A DNA stretch of 64,000 bases from an uncultured Acidobacteriota bacterium (GTDB lineage: Bacteria; Acidobacteriota; Terriglobia; Acidiferrales; UBA7541): the NCBI GenBank assembly GCA_963797765.1, contig CAWCQU010000004.1:444094-508093 (forward strand). Reading direction: 5' to 3'. Under the pieces are notes generated by a model. That model was given only the letters and a program-made list of their open reading frames with translations, was not told the origin of the DNA and did not search any database. Positions 1 through 9,899 of the stretch are shown here, in pieces. Positions within the stretch are counted from its first letter, which is position 1. The number at the start of each line of letters is the position of its first letter. Position numbers and translations under genes: made by a program.

Positions 1-1316
1 TCTTCGGGATCGTTCAATTCCGAGAAGGCATTTCCCAGCTCGAATCCGCCGGCGAAAAATTCAAAGCGCTCCGTCAAGGAGGGATCGTCTTGGCGCTGTT
101 TCGAGAGCGGAGAAATCTCCACGGGAAAATCGTAGAGGATGGTGGGCTGAATTAAATGCTCCTCAGCGACCAGTTCAAAGAGTGTCCCCGTGATCGCGCC
201 GCCGGATGTCGAGTTCAAATCATCGACTTTGGTGCGGCCTGCCGGGGCGGCCCAAGCGTTGTAGCGCTCCGCAATCGCGCGCGGTCCATCCGTCCGCGCT
301 AATTCTTCAAGGGTGGGAGGCTGACCCGCGGCAGCGGGCCAATAACGCACAATGGATTCGCGCATCGTCAAGCGCTGCCAGCGGCTGAAATCGAGTTCGT
401 GCTGTCCGAAGCGCACGGTGGTGCTGCCGCAGACTTTTTTGGCAAGAGAGGCGAGCAGTTCCTCGGTCAGGTCCATCAGGTCATGATAATCGGCATAGGC
501 CTGATAGAATTCCAGCATCGTAAACTCGGGATTATGCTGCGTCGAAATGCCTTCGTTGCGGAAATTGCGGTTGATTTCGTAAACCCGGTCGAGGCCGCCG
601 ACAATCAAACGCTTCAGGTACAGCTCGGGCGCGATGCGTAAATACAAATCGATATCCAGCGTATTGTGGTGCGTCACGAAGGGCCGCGCTGTTGCTCCGC
701 CCGCGATGGGATGCATCATCGGAGTTTCCACTTCGATGTAGCCGCGCTCGTCGAAAAACCGCCGGATCTCGCGAATCATCAGGGCGCGCTTCTGGAAAAT
801 CTCGCGCACTCGCTCGTTTGAAATCAGGTCCACGTAGCGCTGGCGGTAACGAATTTCGACGTCGGAGAGTCCGTGCCATTTTTCCGGGAGCGGCAGCAGC
901 GACTTGCTCAGTAATTCAAGGCGCTCCACCCACACCGTCAGCTCATTGGTCTTGGTGCGAAACAGGCGGCCTTCGACACCGATCACATCTCCCAGGTCGA
1001 GTAGCCGGAACAATTCGTAGCCGCCCTGGCCCACCACATCGAGCTTCACGTAGATTTGCAACCGCTGTCCCTGTCCGGCGATGTGCGCGAAACCGGCCTT
1101 GCCGTGTAAACGCATCGCTACCAATCGCCCGGCAATGCGTACTGGTGGCCGATCGGCCTCCAGCTCCGCGGTGGATTTCTCGCCGTAGCGGGAGATGGCG
1201 CCCGATGGGGTTTCGGTGAAATCAAACCTGTGTGGATAGGCCTTATGGCCCAGGGCCTCGATCTCAGACAGCTTTTTGCGCCGTTGGAGATACTGGTCGA
1301 GCGGTTCTAAGGGCAA
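1..1316 (-). CDS. lysS: Lysine--tRNA ligase (class II), 3' end truncated by window edge; starts with TTG at 1316 preceded by AAGGAAGG
   Basis: Minus-strand translation gives ...[16 protein letters not shown]...[25 protein letters not shown]...[12 protein letters not shown]...[23 protein letters not shown], the class II LysRS motifs. It is absent from the ORF track because there is no stop codon inside the window. Confidence 0.9.
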   Translation of the reverse strand, partial: MPLEPLDQYLQRRKKLSEIEALGHKAYPHRFDFTETPSGAISRYGEKSTAELEADRPPVRIAGRLVAMRLHGKAGFAHIAGQGQRLQIYVKLDVVGQGGYELFRLLDLGDVIGVEGRLFRTKTNELTVWVERLELLSKSLLPLPEKWHGLSDVEIRYRQRYVDLISNERVREIFQKRALMIREIRRFFDERGYIEVETPMMHPIAGGATARPFVTHHNTLDIDLYLRIAPELYLKRLIVGGLDRVYEINRNFRNEGISTQHNPEFTMLEFYQAYADYHDLMDLTEELLASLAKKVCGSTTVRFGQHELDFSRWQRLTMRESIVRYWPAAAGQPPTLEELARTDGPRAIAERYNAWAAPAGRTKVDDLNSTSGGAITGTLFELVAEEHLIQPTILYDFPVEISPLSKQRQDDPSLTERFEFFAGGFELGNAFSELNDPE

Positions 1317-1450
1317 GCGGAAGTCCTTCCTTGTTAATTCGTTTGGCAGTATAGCGAGCGCTTTCCACGACCGTCAAGGAATCCACCTAATGAATTCCTA
1401 CCCTTGATAGTGGGATTTGTTGTAATCTCACTTCCTTTCGGAGCCCAGCG

Positions 1451-2149
1451 ATGCGACAGGATAAACCGCCGGTCACCCGGCGCCGATCGGTGAAAGAAGA
1501 CTGGATTTCCTGGCTTCCACCAAAAAAACTCACAATGTTTCAGACGGTAATCCGTCCGTGTGAAACCGCCTACACGATGCTGAGCATCACCCTGAATGAA
1601 GCCATTTCCTTGCAGAGCCAAGGCAGCCTGGTGCGCGCGAACCTATTGATTGTTAACTCGCGGATTTTGCTGGACCGGATGACGGCTCCTCTGCTGGCTT
1701 TGCTTGCCGGCATGAATTCTCACGGCCGCCACTTCGGCACGCTTTCCTCGGTGGCCGCGCTGAACCCGGAATTTTACCGGAGCGAGACAGGACAACGGGC
1801 CGCTTCCTGGAATGCTCTTCTTTCCCACGTCCTGCTGAATGACCGTTCCCGGCTGTTTCACAAACTCTGCGCGTTAAGCAATATCGTGGAAGAGCTTGCC
1901 GGGGAATACCACGAGTCTGCCGGGAGGATCGTCGAGGCGCCGTTGATAAAGGCGGAGGAATCGTGGCAGAATGTCGAAATTCTCCACTACGATTTGAATA
2001 CCTGTTTACGTGAAGCGATCGTGGTACTGAAGTCGTTCCTCTGCGCGATGCCGGAGAGCGAACTCGCCGCTCTTGAAATCGAGTTTGCGCGACCGGTTCC
2101 GATACCCGTGCGCGACGCCCGGCCCAGGGTGGTACGAGCTTCTTCGTAG
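1451..2149 (+). CDS. hypothetical protein
   Basis: 232-aa ORF with genome-typical codon usage, divergent from lysS, upstream of an ECF sigma gene. No recognisable motifs. Confidence 0.45.
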   Translation: MRQDKPPVTRRRSVKEDWISWLPPKKLTMFQTVIRPCETAYTMLSITLNEAISLQSQGSLVRANLLIVNSRILLDRMTAPLLALLAGMNSHGRHFGTLSSVAALNPEFYRSETGQRAASWNALLSHVLLNDRSRLFHKLCALSNIVEELAGEYHESAGRIVEAPLIKAEESWQNVEILHYDLNTCLREAIVVLKSFLCAMPESELAALEIEFARPVPIPVRDARPRVVRASS

Positions 2150-2315
2150 ACGTGCGGGGCAATTCCGAAGAAAATAGATTCCGTTTATCCGGCCTCCGGC
2201 AATGCCAGGCGACTTGCAAACGTCCGGCCTGTTTGAGCGTGCTGGGACGGAACGGCAAGTACAACTTCTGGAGCGAGGGGCGCATCGGAACTACTGAAGC
2301 GTCCCGATTGGGATA

Positions 2316-2960
2316 GTGGCCCGAACGAGACGAGAGGAAACGGGAGAGCTGCCGGAGGCAGAAGCGATCCGGCTGGCCCAGCACGGCGACCCAGCGGCGT
2401 TCGAACGAATCTATCAATTACACAGCCGCCGAATTTATTCGCTGTGCCTGCGCATGGTCAGCAACACCGCCGAGGCAGAGGACCTGACGCAAGAAGCGTT
2501 TCTGCAACTCTTCCGGAAAATCGCCACGTTTCGGGGTGAATCAGCTTTTTCCACCTGGCTTCACCGGTTGGCCGTAAATGTGGTGTTGATGCGCCTGCGC
2601 AAGAAAAAGGTGTTGGAATCTTCCTTGGAGGAAGTGACCGAACCGGATGAGGAAAGTGGCGGTCCGCGGCGGGATTTTGGCGGGCCGGATTTGCGGTTGA
2701 ATGGATCGATCGACCGGGTGAATTTGCAGCGAGCGATCGAGGAACTGCCTCCGGGATACAAGCAGGTGTTCGTGCTGCACGACATGCAAGGCTACGAGCA
2801 CAACGAGATCGCAGATATTATGAGTTGTTCGATTGGTAACTCGAAATCGCAGCTTCACAAAGCACGCATGCGGCTGCGCGAGTTATTGCACGAAACCCAG
2901 CGGGACCAGGCCCGATCCGCACGACAGGCCGCCGCGGGCGAACTATCGGGTGAGGAATAA
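2316..2960 (+). CDS. ECF (sigma-70 family) RNA polymerase sigma factor
   Basis: Region 2 ([26 protein letters not shown]...[19 protein letters not shown]) and region 4 ([44 protein letters not shown]). Confidence 0.85.
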   Translation: MARTRREETGELPEAEAIRLAQHGDPAAFERIYQLHSRRIYSLCLRMVSNTAEAEDLTQEAFLQLFRKIATFRGESAFSTWLHRLAVNVVLMRLRKKKVLESSLEEVTEPDEESGGPRRDFGGPDLRLNGSIDRVNLQRAIEELPPGYKQVFVLHDMQGYEHNEIADIMSCSIGNSKSQLHKARMRLRELLHETQRDQARSARQAAAGELSGEE

Positions 2961-2966
2961 AGGAAA

Positions 2967-3617
2967 ATGGCTACGATCGGTTGTAATCAATTTATGGAAT
3001 TGACCGCGCCCTGGCTGGAAGGCGAACACCTTCCGGAGGCGGCGGCCCACTTGCGCGGGTGTCCTCAATGCCGTTCGGTTGTGACCGACCTGGAAGCGAT
3101 CCGGGCGGCGGCTGCCCATCTGGCGACGGAGGAAGTGGAACCGCCGGCGCGCGTGTGGCTGAATTTGCGCGAGCGGCTGGAAAACGAAGGATTGATCCGC
3201 CAGCCGGGATGGAGGGAACGGCTGGCCACAATCTTTTCGACGGTGCCGCGTCCGGCGATTGCAGGCGCTTTCCTTGGACTTTTCCTGGTGGCCGGGCTGT
3301 TGCTCGGGTATCAGAGCGATATGACGGCGAATCAAGATGCCTGGCTCAGCCGGACGCAGACTTCGGCATCCTCGCTGGGCTCGCAATTGGATGCCGCCGA
3401 GAAGGGAGCCGTTTCCTCCATCCGCGAACGCAACCCGATGGTGACTGCTTCCCTGAACCAGAACCTGGCCATCGTTGACAATATGATTGCGATGTGTGAA
3501 AAAAGCGTTCGCGAGGCTCCTCAGGACGAGATGACTCGCGACTTTCTCTACCAGGCTTATCAGCAAAAAGCGGATTTACTGGCTACCATGACGGAACGTG
3601 GGGTGAACGCACAATGA
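2967..3617 (+). CDS. anti-sigma factor, zf-HC2 type, single TM
   Basis: HLRGCPQC zinc motif near the N-terminus, a TM helix (IAGAFLGLFLVAGLLLGY), and it lies 7 nt after the sigma gene. Confidence 0.8.
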   Translation: MATIGCNQFMELTAPWLEGEHLPEAAAHLRGCPQCRSVVTDLEAIRAAAAHLATEEVEPPARVWLNLRERLENEGLIRQPGWRERLATIFSTVPRPAIAGAFLGLFLVAGLLLGYQSDMTANQDAWLSRTQTSASSLGSQLDAAEKGAVSSIRERNPMVTASLNQNLAIVDNMIAMCEKSVREAPQDEMTRDFLYQAYQQKADLLATMTERGVNAQ

Positions 3618-4489
3618 TGCTCGTACGCGGCCTTTCCCGATCTTCGGCTCCCAGGGCCGCTTATGTGCTGGCCGGGGTTATCTTCCTGGCCACGCCCGCG
3701 CTCGCGCATCACCTGGAAAAGCACTTTCCGGTTGTCGCCCATCCCATCGTCACCATTCATAATCCGAGCGGGACGATTACCGTGAAATCCTGGCCCAAGC
3801 AGGAAATCGCAGTCAGCGCCGACCATTTGAGCGACAAAGTGGAAGTGGAAGCGGAGCAAGATGGAAACCGGGTGGACCTGATTACCCGCGTGACTTCTGA
3901 GAACTGCAGTCCTGCGGACCTGGAAGCCAATTACGAAGTGACCGTGCCGGAAGATGCCGAATTGCAAATCCATAATGATTCCGGAGCCGTGGCCGTCACC
4001 GATGTGCTGGGCGATATGGCCGTGGATACGGTGGCTGCAGGCATTCAACTGGAAGATACGGCGGGCTACTTGACCGTGAAAACCGTCGGAGGCTCGTTCG
4101 ATTGCTTCCGATGTGGCGGCCGCATTGAGGCCCAATCCATCAGCGGAAATCTTCGCATTTTTGAGAATCGCAGTTCCAACGTGCGATTTCAGACGTCCAC
4201 GGGAAACATCCGCTTCGAAGGTGATTTCCTTCCCAGCGGTACGTATTTGCTGAAGAATTACAGCGGCACGATTGAAGTTCGTTTCTCTCCGCAAGATTCC
4301 TTCGACCTGCACGCCACTTCGCTCTATGGAAAAGTGATCAACGAAGCCAATCCCCTGAAACCGCCGGCGCATCCCACGCGCCAATCTCCACCGTTTGCCA
4401 AGAGCTTGCTGGGCACATTCAACGCGGGCCGCGCCAAGGTGGAGATGACTTCATTCAGTGGTATAATCAGCATTCGCAAGCGTGATTAA
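3614..4489 (+). CDS. DUF4097 (LiaG-like putative adhesin, beta-helical) domain protein with signal peptide
   Basis: ATGA overlap with the anti-sigma stop. Repetitive beta-strand pattern (ITVKSW.., VAVTDVLGDMAVDTVAAGIQLEDTAGYLTVKTVGGS..) typical of the DUF4097 family. Confidence 0.7.
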   Translation: MMLVRGLSRSSAPRAAYVLAGVIFLATPALAHHLEKHFPVVAHPIVTIHNPSGTITVKSWPKQEIAVSADHLSDKVEVEAEQDGNRVDLITRVTSENCSPADLEANYEVTVPEDAELQIHNDSGAVAVTDVLGDMAVDTVAAGIQLEDTAGYLTVKTVGGSFDCFRCGGRIEAQSISGNLRIFENRSSNVRFQTSTGNIRFEGDFLPSGTYLLKNYSGTIEVRFSPQDSFDLHATSLYGKVINEANPLKPPAHPTRQSPPFAKSLLGTFNAGRAKVEMTSFSGIISIRKRD

Positions 4490-4516
4490 CGCTGCAATCC
4501 CGCGGATGAATTCTTT

Positions 4517-5077
4517 TTGACACCGATGCCGCCTTCCGGCGAGACGCGCAATCCCAAAATTCTCTGCCTGATTGGATTCATGGGCTCCGGCAAGAGCACT
4601 GTCGCGCGCCTGCTGGCCCGCCAGATCGGCTGGTATGCCGTGGATCTGGACCGCGAGATCGTGGAGCGCGCCGGCATGGCCATTCCCGAAATTTTTAAGC
4701 GCCACGGCGAGCCTGCCTTTCGCGATCTGGAATACGCAGAGTTGGGGCGCGTTCTAGGCGAATCCATGGAACAAGGAAAGCGCCTGATTCTTTCGCTGGG
4801 CGGCGGCACGACCGCGCAGCCGCGCAGCCTGGAACGCCTCCGCGAAAATAATTGCACCCTGATCTGGCTACATTGTCCGGTGGAAGAACTGCTAAGGCGA
4901 TGCGCGCGCATCACCGACCGGCCGCTTTTTCGCGACGCGGATAGCTTTCGTAAACTGTACGAAGAAAGGCAACCCTCCTACGAACTGGCGGATTACCGCA
5001 TCGAAAGCGCAGTGGAGCCGCTGCGAGTGGTGGAGCAAATCCTGAATCTCGGAATCCATGAACGGGTGCCGGCATGA
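4517..5077 (+). CDS. aroK: shikimate kinase
   Basis: P-loop GFMGSGKSTV, DLD, LSLGGGT and the overall AroK layout. Confidence 0.85.
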   Translation: MTPMPPSGETRNPKILCLIGFMGSGKSTVARLLARQIGWYAVDLDREIVERAGMAIPEIFKRHGEPAFRDLEYAELGRVLGESMEQGKRLILSLGGGTTAQPRSLERLRENNCTLIWLHCPVEELLRRCARITDRPLFRDADSFRKLYEERQPSYELADYRIESAVEPLRVVEQILNLGIHERVPA

Positions 5078-5826
5078 AAATTCCAAAACAGTTTCGAGCT
5101 TTGGCCGCTCTTGCATTCCTTGTTGGGCTGGCTGCAAATCTTGCCGCGGGCGCGCATACTCCGCGGAACGCCGCGTCGCCGCTGGCCGCGCGCGCCGGCG
5201 GACAATTGAATTCGGGTTCCATCCTGGCTGAAGACAAGGGAAAGTTTCGTGTGCTGGTGGGCGGCGCGCCGGCCGGGCAGGAACAGTTCTCGATTGCGCC
5301 GGATGGCGTCAACTGGATCGCCCGCGGCAATGCCGAGGTGCAGGCGCCCAATGCTCCGTCCACGCGCGTTACCGGGACGCTTACGCTGAAGCCCGATGGC
5401 ACTCCCGTGAAATACGAATGGACTACACAAGGCGCGAAGAAAGCTTCTGCGACAGTGGATTTTGCCGGCGGCGTGGCCACCATCGAACTTCGCATCGAGG
5501 GTCAGAAGCCTTTTACTCAGCAGTTTTTTTTCCCTTCAGCCCGCATTCTGGTGCTCGATAATAATCTTTTTCACCAGTACGCGATTGTGGCGCGCCTTTA
5601 CGACTGGCAGAAAAAAGGGGAGCAGAGTTTTGCCGTACTGGTTCCGCAGACCATGACGCCGGGCGCCGTGAAAGTGGAAGCGCTGGGCGCGCAGGCGGTG
5701 GATGGAAAACAATTGGAACTGCTGCGCGTGAAAACCGAAGACCTGGAAGTGAATCTTTATCTGGATAATCTACGCCTGGTCCGCATTGCCGTTCCCGCTT
5801 CAAGCGCCGAAGTGGTCCGGGAATAA
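5074..5826 (+). CDS. secreted hypothetical protein
   Basis: ATGA overlap with the aroK stop. Signal peptide MKIPKQFRALAALAFLVGLAANLAAGA. Confidence 0.55.
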   Translation: MKIPKQFRALAALAFLVGLAANLAAGAHTPRNAASPLAARAGGQLNSGSILAEDKGKFRVLVGGAPAGQEQFSIAPDGVNWIARGNAEVQAPNAPSTRVTGTLTLKPDGTPVKYEWTTQGAKKASATVDFAGGVATIELRIEGQKPFTQQFFFPSARILVLDNNLFHQYAIVARLYDWQKKGEQSFAVLVPQTMTPGAVKVEALGAQAVDGKQLELLRVKTEDLEVNLYLDNLRLVRIAVPASSAEVVRE

Positions 5827-5930
5827 TCCGCCGCGAAACAAGAATTCCCACACAGAAATGCATTTTCGAATGATTACCGATCCTGATGGCCCATTTCTTT
5901 GAGGGATCCAGTAGCCGCAAGGGGCACGAC

Positions 5931-6719
5931 ATGGCAATTCCGTATTACCACGTTGATGCATTCACGGGTGAGCTGTTTGCGGGTAACCCGGCGGGGGTTT
6001 GCATCCTTTCCGCGTTTCTCGCGGATAGTATCCTGCAGAAAATTGCGGTTGAGAACAGGCACAGCAACACCGCCTTTGTTGTTCCTCGAGCGGATGGTGA
6101 TTTCGACTTGCGCTGGTTTACACCCAAACTCGAGGACGACCTGTGCGGGCACGCGACCTTGGCAGCCGCCTATGTGCTCGCGCTGCGGAAGCACAACGTG
6201 TGGCCGGTTCGCTTCCACACCCGCAGCGGAATTTTAACCGTCGCCCGGGACGGAGACAGCCTTGAAATGGACTTTCCCGCCATGCCACCTCAACCCTGTG
6301 AGACGCCAGTCGGCCTTTTACCAGCTCTGGGTTTGAAAACGGCGCTGGTAACGAAATCGCGCGATTACCTTGTGGTGGTGGATCAGGCTGAGCAAGTGCG
6401 AGCGCTCTCTCCCGATTTTGCCGCTCTTGCCAAGCTGGACATCGGCCTCGCCGGAGCGATTGTTACCGCTCCCGCCGAGGGTGACGTGGATTACGTCTGC
6501 CGATTTTTTGCACCTTCGATCGGCATCGCTGAGGACCCTGCAACCGGTTCGATACACTGCACGCTGGCTCCATATTGGGCGGCGAGGCTGGGTAAGGACA
6601 CGTTGCGTGCCCAACAACTCAGTGCCCGCGTTGGATCCATGCAGTGCACAATCGGCGGCGATCGCGTGAAGATCGCCGGCAGGGCGCGCTTGTACCTTCA
6701 CGGCACGCTCGAACTCTAA
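5931..6719 (+). CDS. PhzF family phenazine biosynthesis-like isomerase
   Basis: MAIPYYHVDAFTGELFAGNPAGVCIL at the N-terminus and the PhzF-like C-terminal half. The ORF track start at 5886 is probably too long. Confidence 0.8.
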   Translation: MAIPYYHVDAFTGELFAGNPAGVCILSAFLADSILQKIAVENRHSNTAFVVPRADGDFDLRWFTPKLEDDLCGHATLAAAYVLALRKHNVWPVRFHTRSGILTVARDGDSLEMDFPAMPPQPCETPVGLLPALGLKTALVTKSRDYLVVVDQAEQVRALSPDFAALAKLDIGLAGAIVTAPAEGDVDYVCRFFAPSIGIAEDPATGSIHCTLAPYWAARLGKDTLRAQQLSARVGSMQCTIGGDRVKIAGRARLYLHGTLEL

Positions 6720-6903
6720 AGCCTCTGCCTCCAGAGCGAGAACCTGACACCCATTCCTGTCAACGAATTCGCGGCCATCTGCCTTTAAAGAGGCGACGAG
6801 GTTTTGGCGGCGGCCGGAAGACAGCACAGAAGTCCAAAAGTGTCACTCTATTATTCAATACTCGAGAGCGGCCGCAAATACCTTCTGAACTTCGCGGCGT
6901 GCG

Positions 6904-9586
6904 CTATTTAACAATCAGGGTCACTTGCGTGGATTGTGTAACTCCCTGCGCAGTGGCCGTGATTGTGAGATTGTAAGTCCCTGCCGGTGTTCGGCCCGAG
7001 GGTCCACTGGGCCCGCCGGAGCAGCCTGCGATTGCGAGCAGCACCAAGGTAACGATGGGCACCGCGATTCGCACCCGGCGATTCTTGCGCGCCGCCAGTG
7101 AGAGCAGGATCAATCCCAATCCCGCCGCCAGCCACAAGCCGGGAACGCCGTGAAATTGATCCCAGGGCAGTGGAACGCGTGGCGCCCCCCAACTGCAGAA
7201 GGTGTTCAAGGTAATCGCGGTGACCGTGGGACTTCCCGGACTGAGCGTCGCGGTGGTGGGCGCGACAGAACAAGTGATCGAAGCGGCCGAGCTGGTGCAG
7301 CCCAATCCCACCGTTCCCGCGAATCCACCACTTCCCGCAAGGGTCAGGAAGAAAATGGCGGTGTCACCGGGATTTACGGTGAGAGTAGTTGCGGTGCCCG
7401 ATTGGACGGTTAGGGTAAATGTGTTGCTCGAGCCGGTGCCTGTGAGCGGAACCGAGTGGGGGCTACCCGGCGCATTATCAACAATCGTTATGGCGCCGGA
7501 ACGAGCACCCGCTACGGTGGGCTTAAATGTAACGGAAATGGTGCAGGTGCCATTCGCCGCGATCGGAGAAGCCGTCATACATGTGGTGGTGTCGGCAAAA
7601 TCGCCGCTCGGTGTGACCGAGGTGACCGTCAGCGGTGCCGTTCCTGTATTCGTCAAAGTCACCGTTTGCGCGGGGGAAGTTCCTCCGATCGCCTGGCTGG
7701 TAAACGTCAGGCTAGTGGGCGATAGCGAGACCGCTGGGCTAGCTGCGGCCGTGGTTCCCGTGCCGGAGAGAGTGATGAAGTGCGGGCTACCGGCATCCGT
7801 ATCGTTCACGGTGGCTGTCCCGTTCACAGCTCCGAGGGCAGTGGGAGAAAACGTCACGGCAAATGTGCAGGAAGAATCGGCGGCCAAGGTATTCGGCGCC
7901 ACCGGGCAATTATTAGTGATGCCGAATCCGGCTGTGGCCGTGATGGTACTGATCGTGACGGCAGTGGCGCCGCTATTGGTTACCGTAACGGTCTGGGGCG
8001 CGCTGGTGGTGTTTTGCGCCTGGTTGCCGAACGCCAGTGTGGACGGCGCCACGGTGACCGACGAACTCACGAAGCTACCGGCTTTGATAAACACATTGGA
8101 ATCCAGTGCTTCGTCCGAAGTATCGGCGATCGCGAGCTTGATGTGATTGGTCTGTCCGGCGTTTACAGTCGCCTGAACCGTCAGCACCACCGTCAGCCCG
8201 TCCATTTCCGTGTTCAGCGGCGCCACATTGGGGATCTGAAAATCATTGTTGACGAAGAACTGCGGATTTTGCGGATTGGTTCCCAGGGGGTTGCCGCCGT
8301 TCACATTGTTGATCGAGACAATCGTGGTGGTGCCGGGCAGAAGCGCCACGTTTTTTCCGTTGACGAAGAAACCAAATACGTCGTTAAACGCGCTGTTGGC
8401 AAACTCGTTGTATTCATCGGAGCTGAATACATATTGGAAACTCACCGAGTTGCTGGCGGGAACGAAATCGAACTGCAAAACGGCGGCATCGTCCGTTGTA
8501 TTCGGCGCTACCAGAGTGTTGAGATCGGTATCCCCCGGAGTCCCATTTGCAGTCGTGATCGCGGAGCTGCAATTTGGTCCAATCACATTGGAGACCGACC
8601 CGGTGCTCAACACGATTCCGGTATTCAGGCCCAAAATCCCAGCGCCCCCCGAGAAGCTTCCCGCGGCATTGTTCGCCCCGGTGTAAGTGATATTGCTTGC
8701 GGTGACGCCGGCGCCCAAGAGCGAATTGACCAGATCATTAGGAGTAAGCGTGGTGAGGTCGCTGGTGGTCAGCCCGCCCGCGCCTGCGCCCGTGCCTTCC
8801 GTGAAAATAGAGAATGAGCCGGCGCCCACCACATCATCCGTGACGGTGATTGTCCCAGCCTGATCGCACACCTGTGTGGGCGAAAATGAGACGTTAATCG
8901 TGCAGTTGGCCCCGGCGGCGAGTGAAGCTCCACAGGTATTCGTCTGAGAAAACCCGGTGCTGGCGGTGATCGCCGTGAAGTGAATCGTGGTGGTTCCGTT
9001 GTTAGTGACGACGACGGGCTGCGACGCGCTAGTGGTGCCGATCGCTTGTTTGCCGAAGGTCACAAAACTAGTCGAGATCGTGGGAGCGATTCCAGTACCG
9101 GTGAGAGTGACTATTTGCGGACTGCCGGTGGCATTGTCGGTCACCGTGAGGCTTCCATTTAACACGCCGGTCGCGGTCGGAGCGAAGCTCACGAAAATGG
9201 TGCAAGTGGCGTTGGGAATAACAGCCACGTTCAAGCAAGAATCGCCTTCAATCAGAAAGTTGGCGGTGATTTGTTCGTTTGTCACCGTAAGGTTTACGGC
9301 ATCCGTATTGGTGATGGTGACGGCGGACGACGAGCTGATGGCCCCGACGGGAAGATTGCTGAAATTGATGCTCATGGTGGAAAAGCTGATGGCCGGCGAT
9401 TTCCCGGGCAGGTCCGCGGTTACGTTTCCGTGTTGCTGCTGTTCCCACGCTCTGCGCGCGGGCGAAGTGGCTTGCGCATGTAGGCCTCTTAGTCAGTGGC
9501 GGTTCTTGCTGCTGTTGCGCCCAAGCGAATGAGCCCGAAATCAGTGCTGCGCAGACCAACGTGGTGGAATAGAGGAAACGCATCGT
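6904..9586 (-). CDS. Giant surface protein with repeated choice-of-anchor D-like Ig domains and a central choice-of-anchor L-like domain. The signal peptide (ATG at 9586) is out of frame with the body (ATG at 9375); there is a PEP-CTERM-like motif 56 aa before the end.
   Basis: Body repeats of the pattern TVTLTNTG..L.I.SI.....F.......C...L..G.SC...V.F.PT..G...G.L...DNA.GSP. The central domain is ...LQFDFVPASNSVSFQYVFSSDEYNEFANSAFNDVFGFFVNGKN.... MRFLYSTTLVCAALISGSFAWA follows a perfect RBS (GGAAAGGAG) at 9586 but is shifted by +1 relative to the 6904..9375 ORF. Confidence 0.7.
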
Positions 9587-9683
9587 CGAACTCCTTTCCC
9601 CTGAATGCTTGGAAGACTGCCCCACGAGGGCTGGCGCGGGTATCCCAGGGAAGCTCGGCCTCCCAGTCAGAAGAATGCGCGAA

Positions 9684-9712
9684 ATTTTGTCGCCGAAGTT
9701 GCTGACTGTCAA
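9684..9712 (-). promoter_or_regulatory. putative sigma-70 promoter for the adhesin gene (TTGACA-N17-CAAAAT)
   Basis: On the minus strand: TTGACA (forward 9707-9712), a 17-nt spacer, then CAAAAT (forward 9684-9689), about 100 nt upstream of ATG 9586. Confidence 0.3.
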
Positions 9713-9834
9713 GTAAAAACAGGCTGTGCCTCGCCAGAAGCACACTAGGAGTCCCGAAACTTCAATAACACAATCGAAGTGGTTGAAAAGAAAGATCCAC
9801 CCACCGAACTTTCTGCTCCAGGGAGAACGGTTCG

Positions 9835-9868
9835 TAAAAAAAAAGACCCGGGCGATCCCGGGTCTTTT
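9835..9868. terminator. bidirectional rho-independent terminator (A9-AGACCCGGG-cgat-CCCGGGTCT-TTTT)
   Basis: Perfect 9-bp GC-rich stem flanked by an A9 run and a T run. It ends the minus-strand operon running from 15224 down to 9900. Confidence 0.75.
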
Positions 9869-9899
9869 CAAGTAATTTACAATGCGCTCTTCTGGAACT

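Noticed and set aside
7202-8817. Long plus-strand ORFs (7202..8146, 7780..8817, 8987..9532) inside the adhesin locus
   Set aside because: They are antisense shadows of the minus-strand adhesin gene in GC-rich repetitive DNA. The minus-strand frame has the coherent Ig-domain repeats.
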